Below the pieces are notes generated by a model. That model saw nothing but the letters and a program-made list of their open reading frames with translations. It had not been told where the DNA came from and did no database searches. From contig JAKSMG010000003.1 in the NCBI GenBank assembly GCA_024400755.1, forward strand, positions 48,596 to 112,595: DNA of 64,000 nt, given 5' to 3'. Both the position numbers and the translations under genes were made by a program. The stretch comes from Bacteroidales bacterium. GTDB taxonomy: Bacteria; Bacteroidota; Bacteroidia; Bacteroidales; WCHB1-69. This document shows positions 1 through 8,787 of this stretch, piece after piece (position 1 is the first letter of the stretch; the number at the start of each line of letters is the position of its first letter).

Positions 1-583
1 TTTTCAGAACGTCGTCGGCATGACCAAAACCTTCTTCCACGCCTTCATCGCCGTAATACTTCATGATTTTTTGATTTTTAACGACAATCAAAGAATCAAC
101 GTATTTTTCCATTTCAGCGATACCGGCTTCGGCATATTGTTCACGTTTTTTACCTTCGAACTTAAACGGGAAAGTTACAACGCCAATAGTGAGGATTCCC
201 ATTTCGTGGGCTACCTTTGCCACGACTGGTGCGGCACCCGTACCTGTTCCCTTACCCATACCGGCAGTAATGAACAACATCTGGGTTTCTTCACCAATAA
301 ATTCTTTGATTCTCTCGATGCTATGTTCGGCCAATTCGCGACCGATTTCAGGATTGGCACCGGCACCCAAACCAGTATCTCCCAATACCAGCTTAGAAGG
401 AACCACATTGTTTCTCAAGGCCTGTTCATCGGTATTGCAAATAAGGAAATCCACACCAACAATACCATCGCTGTACATGTGCTTAACAGCATTGCCGCCG
501 CCGCCACCAACACCAATTACCTTGATAATGGAATTATTCTGTTTTGTTCCGTAGTCTGGAGTAAAATCAATTCTGTCTCTCAT
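1..583 (-). CDS. ftsZ: Cell division GTPase FtsZ, N-terminal part (gene runs off the left edge of the window)
   Basis: Absent from the ORF track because it is open at the window edge. The reverse-strand ATG at 583 reads MRDRIDFTPDYGTKQNNSIIKVIGVGGGGGNAVKHM and later FITAGMGKGTGTGAAPV, the tubulin/FtsZ glycine-rich GTP-binding signature. It lies directly downstream of ftsA. Confidence 0.9.
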   Translation of the reverse strand, partial: MRDRIDFTPDYGTKQNNSIIKVIGVGGGGGNAVKHMYSDGIVGVDFLICNTDEQALRNNVVPSKLVLGDTGLGAGANPEIGRELAEHSIERIKEFIGEETQMLFITAGMGKGTGTGAAPVVAKVAHEMGILTIGVVTFPFKFEGKKREQYAEAGIAEMEKYVDSLIVVKNQKIMKYYGDEGVEEGFGHADDVLK

Positions 584-641
584 ATTTATAATTTTATTTT
601 TTTATCTTAAATTAAGGTGAAAACTGAGTATAAGCACAAGA

Positions 642-2027
642 TTAGGAAGTTTTGTCAACCAGTCCGCCCAAGAAATCATTAATCTTATTGGATATGAAAT
701 CATATTTTCGATTACCCGGGAAAAATGAAGATCCTTTAGAAGTTTTCTTTTCTTCCTTTTTCTTATTTGATTTTTGCTTTGGGGGTTCGGGTTTTCTTAT
801 AGGTTCTTCTTCCTGTTCTTCCATTTCAACCATTTCCCTTCCCCTTTCTTCAATACCATATTTCAATAAACCCAAGGCCGTAGCGTACATCGGATGTTTT
901 AACTCGCTTGAGATATTGTGGACGAAACCAAATTCGGGTACACCAATACGAACGGGCTTTTGCAAGGTATATTGACACAATTCCTTAATGTGTTTAAGTG
1001 TCGCGCCACCACCGGTAAGCACTACGCCGGCGTTCAGCTTATCGGCATAACCAGAATCTTCGATTTCCTTTTTCACTTGGTCGAGAATGTCGTTTTGCAC
1101 GCGCATATTGATAATCTTGGCCAAAAAGGTTTCATTGATTTGACGAGGAGGAACCGCATGAAATTGCGGAAGTGCCATATAATGATTGGCATTACTTTTC
1201 TCCACAATACAAGTACCAAAATTGACTTTCAGTTTTTCCGCCAACTCTTCTGTAATCTTGCAAACATTGGCGATGTCTTTGGTAATAATGCTTCCTCCGA
1301 TAGGAATAACTTTGGTAAACACCGGGCTTCCACCATAGAAAATAGCCAAATCCGTGGTGCCGCCACCAATATCTACCAAGGCCACGCCCTGCTCTTTTTC
1401 TTCCTGACTCAAACAAGAAAGACCCGAAGCCACCGGTTCAAGTATAACTTTCTCGGCTTTCAAGTCCGCATTGCGAATACACATCAAGATCTTATTGATT
1501 TCAGCGGCATTTCCAGTAATAAGCTGATAATAACCTTCTATCAACTCGCCTAATTCGCCAACCGGTTCCGAAGTTTCCCTATTATGGTCGATAACGAATC
1601 GTTGAGGTATAACCGTAATAATCTGTTCGCCTGCCGGCACCGAGATATTATTGAGATCAGCCAACATCTGATCGATTTCATCCTGGTTAATGACAAAATT
1701 CTTGCCATTCAAGCGGGTAATGACGTGTTTGTATTCGATACTTTTAATATGGCGGCCTGCCACACCCACATAGACGTTGCGCACTTGAAATCCGTCTGCT
1801 CTATTTTCAGCATTTTGTTTGGATATGTTGATACCGTCCACCGTCTTGTTTATGTTATAGACCAAACCGTGCTGCACCCCTGTTGATTCGGCCTTTCCGT
1901 GACCGATAATGTCAATCTTGCCATCCGCGGTTTTGTAACCGATGATGGTGGCAATCTTGGTTGTACCAATATCCAGTCCAACTACCATATCCGGGGTTTG
2001 CGGCATTGTATCTTCTTCTGCTTTCAT
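642..2027 (-). CDS. ftsA: Cell division protein FtsA (actin-like ATPase)
   Basis: Contains VVGLDIGTTKI and VDIGGGTTD phosphate-binding motifs and sits in ftsQ-ftsA-ftsZ order. Alternative starts at M8 or M14 are possible. The C-terminus is a Lys/Glu-rich tail. Confidence 0.9.
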   Translation of the reverse strand: MKAEEDTMPQTPDMVVGLDIGTTKIATIIGYKTADGKIDIIGHGKAESTGVQHGLVYNINKTVDGINISKQNAENRADGFQVRNVYVGVAGRHIKSIEYKHVITRLNGKNFVINQDEIDQMLADLNNISVPAGEQIITVIPQRFVIDHNRETSEPVGELGELIEGYYQLITGNAAEINKILMCIRNADLKAEKVILEPVASGLSCLSQEEKEQGVALVDIGGGTTDLAIFYGGSPVFTKVIPIGGSIITKDIANVCKITEELAEKLKVNFGTCIVEKSNANHYMALPQFHAVPPRQINETFLAKIINMRVQNDILDQVKKEIEDSGYADKLNAGVVLTGGGATLKHIKELCQYTLQKPVRIGVPEFGFVHNISSELKHPMYATALGLLKYGIEERGREMVEMEEQEEEPIRKPEPPKQKSNKKKEEKKTSKGSSFFPGNRKYDFISNKINDFLGGLVDKTS

Positions 2028-2795
2028 TTATAAATTTCTTTTTTTTGCGATTACTCGATTTTTATATCTTAAATCCAAAGTGGAATAAGCATCCATTCCC
2101 ATATAGACCAATCCTTTTTGATAAGTTTGTTGCAAATTGAACAACTTTTCCTGTGCATTGGCCTCGGTTCCAAACACCACGATATGTCTTCCCACCGTAG
2201 GTACCAGCGTTACTTCGTTATGGGCATCAACATAAAGTTGGCGAAATTGAGCCCTATAAAATTCATCGTCATTGAGGCACGTGGCGATTTTATAGACTCG
2301 GGTTAAATTCCCCTTTCCTGACGCAATATTTTTCCCTCTGGCAAATGTTTCCGCAATCTTTCCGTTGGCCACCATCACGTTTTCCCTAACGGACATTGAA
2401 AAAGGAAGGAGATTGCCTTTTTCATCAACAAAATATTGGGAACCATCTTGGGCATATACGTGCAACAAGATATTTTTCAGGGTAACCTGAATTTTTAATT
2501 TCGTGCTGGAAAAGCGAACCTCATCCACACTTTCAACATAAGGATTTTGTTCAAGCAAATCGGCAATTTTTTCCAATTCAACGTCTTTCAAAGGAACGCC
2601 GACCGTAGGAATATTGTTTTGAGCAATGAGTTTGCAGATGTCACTATCGCAAATGGCAGGATATTCTCCCGCATATTGCACTTTGAAATCGTAACCGGAG
2701 CAAGGGCGCTTAGGCATTTGAATAGCCGCCAAAACAATGCCTACCACAATGGCAGCACATAATAAGACAGCAACTATAAACCGGAAAATTTTCAC
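2028..2795 (-). CDS. ftsQ: Cell division protein FtsQ (single-pass membrane, POTRA-like)
   Basis: Has an N-terminal TM helix (IVAVLLCAAIVVGIVLAAI), is 255 aa long, and its stop codon abuts the ftsA start (2028/2027). Confidence 0.75.
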   Translation of the reverse strand: MKIFRFIVAVLLCAAIVVGIVLAAIQMPKRPCSGYDFKVQYAGEYPAICDSDICKLIAQNNIPTVGVPLKDVELEKIADLLEQNPYVESVDEVRFSSTKLKIQVTLKNILLHVYAQDGSQYFVDEKGNLLPFSMSVRENVMVANGKIAETFARGKNIASGKGNLTRVYKIATCLNDDEFYRAQFRQLYVDAHNEVTLVPTVGRHIVVFGTEANAQEKLFNLQQTYQKGLVYMGMDAYSTLDLRYKNRVIAKKRNL

Positions 2796-2820
2796 TTCTT
2801 TACTCCTTAAGGTTAGCGTA

Positions 2821-2828
2821 CAAAAATA
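2821..2828 (-). promoter_or_regulatory. Bacteroidota -7 promoter box (TATTTTTG) for ftsQAZ
   Basis: The plus strand reads CAAAAATA, which is TAnnTTTG on the minus strand. It lies 26 nt upstream of the ftsQ ATG. Confidence 0.5.
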
Positions 2829-2909
2829 AAAAATTCTTGTGCGCCAAACCTCATCAGAATAAAGATATAATAAACAACTTAATGTTAATTAAAACGTACC
2901 TCCAAATCC

Positions 2910-3344
2910 CTATTTTGTAGGATATGGAATCACGATATCATCGCAATATTCGCAACGGTACGAACGTTTGTCTTTATCAACCAGGTGGAAAACGTGGTCA
3001 AAATAATGTTCAACGGAAGTAACGCAACGCGGATTTTTGCATTTGATAATGTTTCTTACCACTTGTGGCACTTCTAATTGAACTTTTTTTACGGATTTGC
3101 CATTATCGATGATATTGACCGTGATATTGGGGTCGATAAGACCTAAGAAAGTATAATCAATGTCGATAACGTTATTGATTTTGATGATATCCTTCTTGCC
3201 CATTTTTTTACTTGGGGCATTAGTAATCAAGGCAACATTGTATTCTGCCTTATCCAATTTCAAATAATTATACACTTGAAATCCGAAACCTGCTTTGATA
3301 TGGTCGATGACAATACCTTTGTCAATACTAGTAATTTCTAACAT
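2910..3344 (-). CDS. pyrI: Aspartate carbamoyltransferase regulatory chain
   Basis: Has the N-terminus MLEITSIDKGIVIDHI and a C-terminal zinc site (CKNPRC ... CEYC). It lies 10 nt downstream of pyrB. Confidence 0.85.
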   Translation of the reverse strand: MLEITSIDKGIVIDHIKAGFGFQVYNYLKLDKAEYNVALITNAPSKKMGKKDIIKINNVIDIDYTFLGLIDPNITVNIIDNGKSVKKVQLEVPQVVRNIIKCKNPRCVTSVEHYFDHVFHLVDKDKRSYRCEYCDDIVIPYPTK

Positions 3345-3354
3345 AATTCTGTTT

Positions 3355-4278
3355 TTAATAAATTCCTAACAACTTCAATATCAATGCCATACGGACATAC
3401 ATACCGTTTTTGGCCTGAGCGAAATACTGTGCACGCGGGTCAGCATCAACTTCAACGCTGATTTCGTTCACACGTGGCAGCGGGTGAAGAATATACGTAT
3501 CGGGGCGAGCGTATGCCATCTTGTCCATATCCAGGATAAAACGGTCCTTCAGACGGATATAATCTTCTTCGTTAAAGAAACGTTCACGCTGAACACGAGT
3601 CATATACAAGAAATCGAGTTGACCCATATAAGGTTCCATTTCCTGCACTTCCTGGAAAGGAATGCCCTTCTTCTTGATTACTTCTTCCCTAATATATTCA
3701 GGAACGCGCAATTCTTCGGGTGAAATCAGAATAAACTTCACGCCTTCATAATTGCTGAGGAATTTAATTAATGAGTGGACGGTACGACCGAACTTCAAGT
3801 CACCGCAGAAACCGTAGGTCTTGTTTTCCACATTGCCACGCAAACGCTCAATCGTCAGAATATCGGTCAAGGTTTGTGTCGGATGTTGATGTCCACCATC
3901 GCCGGCATTGATCAATGGCATGTGAATATAGTGACTTGCCACGCGCGGAGCACCTTCCTTGGGATGTCTCATAGCCGCGATATCGGCATAGCACTGAATC
4001 GTACGAATGGTATCGGCGATACTTTCGCCCTTGGCCGTCGAACTGGAATTGGGTTCAGAAAAGCCGATGACTTTCCCGCCAAGACGCAACATAGCGGCTT
4101 CAAAGCTAAAACGCGTACGGGTACTGGGTTCATAAAAAAGAGTTGCCAAGATTTTACCCTCACAACTCTTCCCAAATTTTTCTGGATTTTCAACAATTTG
4201 ATGTGCCAAATCAAAAATTTCACGAAATTCTTCGCGGGTGAAATCCGAAGGGTCTATAAGGCATCTATTCTTTAACAA
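3355..4278 (-). CDS. pyrB: Aspartate carbamoyltransferase catalytic chain
   Basis: Contains the [20 protein letters not shown] and HPLPR motifs. The start is TTG at 4278, the first possible start after an in-frame TAG. AGGAGG sits 8 nt upstream. Confidence 0.9.
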   Translation of the reverse strand: MLKNRCLIDPSDFTREEFREIFDLAHQIVENPEKFGKSCEGKILATLFYEPSTRTRFSFEAAMLRLGGKVIGFSEPNSSSTAKGESIADTIRTIQCYADIAAMRHPKEGAPRVASHYIHMPLINAGDGGHQHPTQTLTDILTIERLRGNVENKTYGFCGDLKFGRTVHSLIKFLSNYEGVKFILISPEELRVPEYIREEVIKKKGIPFQEVQEMEPYMGQLDFLYMTRVQRERFFNEEDYIRLKDRFILDMDKMAYARPDTYILHPLPRVNEISVEVDADPRAQYFAQAKNGMYVRMALILKLLGIY

Positions 4279-4346
4279 AATAAGGTCCTCCTATGATTTA
4301 TTTTTGTTGTTATTATTTTATTGATTTCAATATGCCAATATTTGTG

Positions 4347-4354
4347 CAAAAATA
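4347..4354 (-). promoter_or_regulatory. -7 promoter box (TATTTTTG) for pyrBI
   Basis: The plus strand reads CAAAAATA, about 70 nt upstream of the pyrB start. Confidence 0.5.
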
Positions 4355-4399
4355 CGAAAAAAAACTTTTGTACGACATTTTTTTGCGATTTTTGATTTT

Positions 4400-6994
4400 T
4401 TATTTTACGCCGACCACTTTTTGCTTGTTCCATCGCTTACCTTGATGATTCCAAAAAGTAACTTTGACCACATATAATCCTGGAGTGACCAGATTCCCGT
4501 TATCATCTGTACCATCCCAGACACTGTACATCTCTGAACCACATAAAACATTGTCTTTCAATTTTCTAACCAATAATCCTTGGGAAGTATAGACCGATAA
4601 ACTGAGTCTGTTTTCCAAATCCGAAAACGTACAGAAAATTTCAGTATAGTCGTCAAATCCGTCATTGTCTGGTGAAAAAATTTCGGGTTGCACGGTTAGA
4701 TCATTTTTCTCCAAAAGGGCGGATGACATTTGAGAATTTTCGTAACCGGGCGTACCAAAATTCACATTGGCAGAAGCCGACTTCCAGCTTTGATCGTCCT
4801 GCGTATCACATTCATAACGAACACGTTCCAACGAAACACCATCCGTACTGGTCAGCATCTTATAGTGCATTTTCTCGTCATATTCAAATCTATCCAAATG
4901 ATTCAAAGATAAATCGGTCAAATGAACCGCGCCGTGGGAATTCGCATACGGCGGCAAAGAGTCACACTGTAAAAGCGTCTTTTTATCTAACGGATAATAA
5001 TGATTGTACGTCAATTGCTTATTTTTACACAATGCCACCATTTTTTGTGGAAACAATTGATAACCATCACTTTGTGCAATCGCAGTCTTTTCGGGCAATT
5101 CTCCCAAGCCGTTTCCAACCTTAATTTTCTTCAAGTCTATAATAAAAGATGAATTATTATAAATTTCAACATAATCCGCGTCTTCGTTTGAAGGAGAATC
5201 GAACAGTATCTCATTAATTATCAAATCATTATTGGAAGGAATCTCATCTATGCCAAACATAAGCATATTGCCCAACGGCAAAATATTGCCCGCACAATCA
5301 CACACGGAATCAATAATGGAAAGCTGGTAAACCGTTCCTTTACGCAATGACTTATCAAAAACAATGTCCACCGCATTATAAAAAGGTGTCACCATAGACA
5401 AAGACAGGACTTGCAAATCACGATCAACAGAAAACACCGGATGATAATGAATTAGAGAAACCGTTTCGGAAAAGAAAACCCTTATCTTGTTGGTATCCAA
5501 TACAGTTGCTGTTACCAACAAAGGAGATTCGTAATCAGGATTTACCGTTGCGATGGAATTGACACGGCCCGGTGTTCCGCCCATATCGTCAACGGAAGAA
5601 TCCCAATTTTCGCCATTTCCGCAGGGATTGTTGGCATCCATCATTTCCAGCGACCAACCACCCTCTTTTTTGACCGCCGTTCGATGCCAATCATTACTAA
5701 ACTTTATCGCATATATCACTTCATCATACGAATTATACAAAATTAGATCCTGCCCTCCATCCGTAATGCTCAAGGACGAAACGCCGACCGTATTTTCACA
5801 AAAATCACGCATAGCGGCCACATTATTTTCCGCCACGACCACCGCAAAACCACCTTGAGAAAGCAAAATCTCCGGCAAAGATTTCAGCGTTTTTCCCACC
5901 TGCAGTTTCCATCCCGACAAACGGACTTCCCCTTCCACCCTGTTTTGCAACTCTACATACTCCACGGCCGGCAACAAGACCGTGGGCATCGGATCGGCCA
6001 TTATTTCGCTGATGATCACATCATTCCTTTTGATTTTATGACAAAAAAAGGTCAATGTGGTATCTGCCATCACATTTCCTGCTAAATCACGAATGCCACT
6101 CACCTGCAACATATATCTCTGGTCTTCAACAAATTGATAGGGAAAGAAAAGCATCACCTGTCTATAATCAGGAAAAATATATTCACAAATTAGCGGACTG
6201 ACATCAATTCCGGGAATATGATAATGAACTGAACTTAACGCCGTTTCATCGACAATTTCAGAAAAAACAAGCGATACGGTTTGAAAATCATCATTCCCAT
6301 AACAAGACTGCAATACGGGGCAAATACTATCAATCAAAGCAGGACCAACATAGATATTGTCAAAAATGAACTTGTTCGCATTACTGCTGGTGTATTTACA
6401 ATAAATTCCTGCAAAATTTGCCTCCGTAGTCTTATCAAAAAACGTATCCACCTGCATTCGATACCAACCGATTTCCGAGTTGTCAATCCACAAACTCCAA
6501 CGATTTTCAACAGTTTTCAATATTTTTACCTGCAAGTCAAAATTATTGGCAATCATCGCATCAGGACCACGCATCACAGATGTGGTTTGACCATTTTCCA
6601 CATAAAACAACTCTATCGCGTCTTGCGCCAAATTTTCGCCAAATTGCAGATAAAATCCCGTCAAACTATCTGATTTTATATCCGCCACATTAGACAAAAG
6701 ATAAATTCTCGCAAAATTATTATTGGAAGGTGCGAAATCCAGTTTAATTTTGAAATACCATTCAATATCCTGATTCCACACCTCCAAACTATCTAACGAG
6801 AACACCACAGCAGATATTCCCGTTTGAGACGCATTTAACTGCAATTGATTGTTAGTGTTGATCTTAAAATCTGATGTATCTCCAATCCAGGGCGGATTAG
6901 CGGACAAATTGCCATCGGAAAAATCATCGTTTACCTGTGCGGAAAGCGTAATATTCACGCACAAACACATTAAAAGCCAAGCCATCTTTTTCAT
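4400..6994 (-). CDS. Large secreted protein with two lamin-tail-like (LTD) domains and a T9SS type-B C-terminal sorting domain
   Basis: The start is trimmed to ATG 6994 (MKKMAWLLMCLCVNITLSAQ signal peptide), because the tracked 6995-7207 extension overlaps asd and its promoter. LTD-like segments are IISEIMADPMP...YVELQN and LIINEILFDSPS...DYVEIYNNS. The C-terminus (IFSPDNDGFDDYTEIF...VWDGTDDNGNLVTPGLYVVKV) matches the gliding-motility/T9SS type-B CTD pattern. Confidence 0.7.
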   Translation of the reverse strand: MKKMAWLLMCLCVNITLSAQVNDDFSDGNLSANPPWIGDTSDFKINTNNQLQLNASQTGISAVVFSLDSLEVWNQDIEWYFKIKLDFAPSNNNFARIYLLSNVADIKSDSLTGFYLQFGENLAQDAIELFYVENGQTTSVMRGPDAMIANNFDLQVKILKTVENRWSLWIDNSEIGWYRMQVDTFFDKTTEANFAGIYCKYTSSNANKFIFDNIYVGPALIDSICPVLQSCYGNDDFQTVSLVFSEIVDETALSSVHYHIPGIDVSPLICEYIFPDYRQVMLFFPYQFVEDQRYMLQVSGIRDLAGNVMADTTLTFFCHKIKRNDVIISEIMADPMPTVLLPAVEYVELQNRVEGEVRLSGWKLQVGKTLKSLPEILLSQGGFAVVVAENNVAAMRDFCENTVGVSSLSITDGGQDLILYNSYDEVIYAIKFSNDWHRTAVKKEGGWSLEMMDANNPCGNGENWDSSVDDMGGTPGRVNSIATVNPDYESPLLVTATVLDTNKIRVFFSETVSLIHYHPVFSVDRDLQVLSLSMVTPFYNAVDIVFDKSLRKGTVYQLSIIDSVCDCAGNILPLGNMLMFGIDEIPSNNDLIINEILFDSPSNEDADYVEIYNNSSFIIDLKKIKVGNGLGELPEKTAIAQSDGYQLFPQKMVALCKNKQLTYNHYYPLDKKTLLQCDSLPPYANSHGAVHLTDLSLNHLDRFEYDEKMHYKMLTSTDGVSLERVRYECDTQDDQSWKSASANVNFGTPGYENSQMSSALLEKNDLTVQPEIFSPDNDGFDDYTEIFCTFSDLENRLSLSVYTSQGLLVRKLKDNVLCGSEMYSVWDGTDDNGNLVTPGLYVVKVTFWNHQGKRWNKQKVVGVK

Positions 6995-7034
6995 CGGATA
7001 GTAGATTAAGTTATTTTTTAGTTTATTGATTTTG

Positions 7035-7042
7035 CAAAAATA
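7035..7042 (-). promoter_or_regulatory. -7 promoter box (TATTTTTG) for the LTD/T9SS gene
   Basis: The plus strand reads CAAAAATA, 41 nt upstream of ATG 6994. It lies back-to-back with the asd box. Confidence 0.5.
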
Positions 7043-7043
7043 G

Positions 7044-7051
7044 TATCTTTG
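7044..7051 (+). promoter_or_regulatory. -7 promoter box (TATCTTTG) for asd
   Basis: TAnnTTTG lies 51 nt upstream of the asd ATG. Confidence 0.6.
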
Positions 7052-7101
7052 CAGAATAAAAAACATCGTTGTTAATAACTTTTTATAAATTTTGAAAGAA
7101 A

Positions 7102-8094
7102 ATGAAAATAGCATTAGTTGGAGCCACCGGATTAGTCGGAAGTGTAATGTTAAAGGTCTTGGAAGAACGCGGATTTGGGAGCAATGAACTGATTGCCGCC
7201 GCCTCATCGAAATCGGTAGGAAAGAAATTGACTTTCGCCGGTCGCGAAATCACCGTGATAAGTGTTGAGCAAGCCATTGCGGAGAAACCCGACATTGCTA
7301 TTTTTTCAGCAGGCAGTGGCGCTTCGTTGCAATATGCACCGCAATTTGCCGCCCAAGGCACCTACGTCGTGGACAATTCTTCGGCGTGGCGTTACGAGAA
7401 GCACATTCCACTTATCGTGCCGGAAATCAATGGTGACGTCATCACTGCCGACGACCACATCATCGCCAATCCCAACTGCTCTACCATTCAAATGGTTTTG
7501 GCCTTGGCTCCATTGCATAATCAGTTCAAAATCAACAGATTAGTTATTTCAACCTATCAATCTGTAAGCGGGACAGGAGTAAAGGCCCTCAACCAACTTT
7601 TCAAAGAAAGGGAAGGTCAAGACTGCGAGAAGGCATATCCTTACAGAATAGACTTAAATTTATTGCCTCACGGCGGCACATTTGAAGACAACGGCTACAC
7701 CACCGAAGAGATGAAACTGGTAAAAGAAACCCGCAAAATCCTTCGTGACGACAGCATTCGCATAACGGCCACCGTAGTTAGAGTTCCCGTCACGGGAGGA
7801 CACTCAGAAGCCGTAAACATTGAATTTGAAAAAGACTACGAACTATCGGACATTTATCGCTTATTGAACGAAATGCCCGGAATCAAAGTCATTGACAATC
7901 CTGCCAACAACGAATATCCAATGCCTTACTTCGCCAAGGACAAAGATGAAGTTTTCGTAGGGAGAATCCGACGTGACGAATCTCAAGAAAAGGCACTAAA
8001 CATTTGGGTTGTCGCCGACAATCTTCGCAAGGGTGCCGCCACCAATGCGGTTCAGATTGCCCAACTGCTTTGCCAAAAGGGATTTGTAAAATAA
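7102..8094 (+). CDS. asd: Aspartate-semialdehyde dehydrogenase
   Basis: Has an N-terminal Rossmann motif (VGATGLVGS) and the active-site region IANPNCSTI. Length is 330 aa. Confidence 0.92.
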   Translation: MKIALVGATGLVGSVMLKVLEERGFGSNELIAAASSKSVGKKLTFAGREITVISVEQAIAEKPDIAIFSAGSGASLQYAPQFAAQGTYVVDNSSAWRYEKHIPLIVPEINGDVITADDHIIANPNCSTIQMVLALAPLHNQFKINRLVISTYQSVSGTGVKALNQLFKEREGQDCEKAYPYRIDLNLLPHGGTFEDNGYTTEEMKLVKETRKILRDDSIRITATVVRVPVTGGHSEAVNIEFEKDYELSDIYRLLNEMPGIKVIDNPANNEYPMPYFAKDKDEVFVGRIRRDESQEKALNIWVVADNLRKGAATNAVQIAQLLCQKGFVK

Positions 8095-8096
8095 TT

Positions 8097-8783
8097 TTAC
8101 ATCACCAACTTGAAGCCCACACCGTGCACGTTGATAATCTGCACGGAAGGTTCAGTGACAAAATACTTGCGCAACTTGGTAATATACACATCCATACTAC
8201 GGGCATTGTAATAACTATCATCGCCCCAGATTTTCTTCAGTGCAAAACCACGCTCAAGGACTTCATTCTTTTTATTGATAAGCATGATCAACAATTCCGT
8301 TTCGCGCGTGGTCAGTTTTTTCTCTTCGCCCTGAATATTCAAGGTTTGGCGCATCGTATCAAAAGTAATGCTGCCCAAATTCACCACGGTAGGGGTTTCG
8401 GTGTCGTCAGACTGTGCGGCACGACGCAACAAGGCCTGGATACGGGCCAACAAAACTTCCATCGTGAACGGCTTGGTCACATAATCGTCTCCTACAGACA
8501 ATCCTTCAATGATATCTTCCTGCTGATTCTTGGCAGTAAGGAAGATGATAGGCATTTTGCTATCCAACTTACGGATTTCTCGAGCCAGGGTAAAACCGTC
8601 CTTCAGTGGCATCATCACATCCACCACGCAAATGTTATAATCATCCGCACAAAACATATCGTAAGCCATTTCTCCATTGCTGGCGTGACCCACCTCGTAT
8701 CCCTTGGCTTCCAGATAGGTAGTCAATACTTTTCCTAAATTTACATCATCTTCCGCTAATAAAATCTTAATCTGCTTATCCAT
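8097..8783 (-). CDS. OmpR/PhoB-type response regulator
   Basis: Has a REC domain (ILLAEDD ... VDVMMPLKDG ... LTAK) and a winged-helix C-terminal domain. It starts 4 nt after the kinase stop. Confidence 0.88.
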   Translation of the reverse strand: MDKQIKILLAEDDVNLGKVLTTYLEAKGYEVGHASNGEMAYDMFCADDYNICVVDVMMPLKDGFTLAREIRKLDSKMPIIFLTAKNQQEDIIEGLSVGDDYVTKPFTMEVLLARIQALLRRAAQSDDTETPTVVNLGSITFDTMRQTLNIQGEEKKLTTRETELLIMLINKKNEVLERGFALKKIWGDDSYYNARSMDVYITKLRKYFVTEPSVQIINVHGVGFKLVM

Positions 8784-8787
8784 AACA

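Noticed and set aside
20-610. 196-aa plus-strand ORF, with nested ORFs at 189-554 and 211-408
   Set aside because: It is antisense to a clear FtsZ reading frame (minus strand from ATG 583) and its low-complexity translation shows no motifs. It is a shadow ORF.
6995-7207. 71-codon N-terminal extension of the LTD/T9SS ORF
   Set aside because: It overlaps the asd start and both promoter boxes. A typical signal peptide begins at the internal ATG 6994.
8004-8738. Long antisense ORFs opposite well-supported genes (8004-8738, 11114-11665, 39455-39991, 54872-55480)
   Set aside because: Each lies opposite a gene with strong family motifs: the response regulator, ahcY, the saccharopine dehydrogenase-family gene and pepE. 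They are typical shadow ORFs in moderately GC-rich coding DNA.
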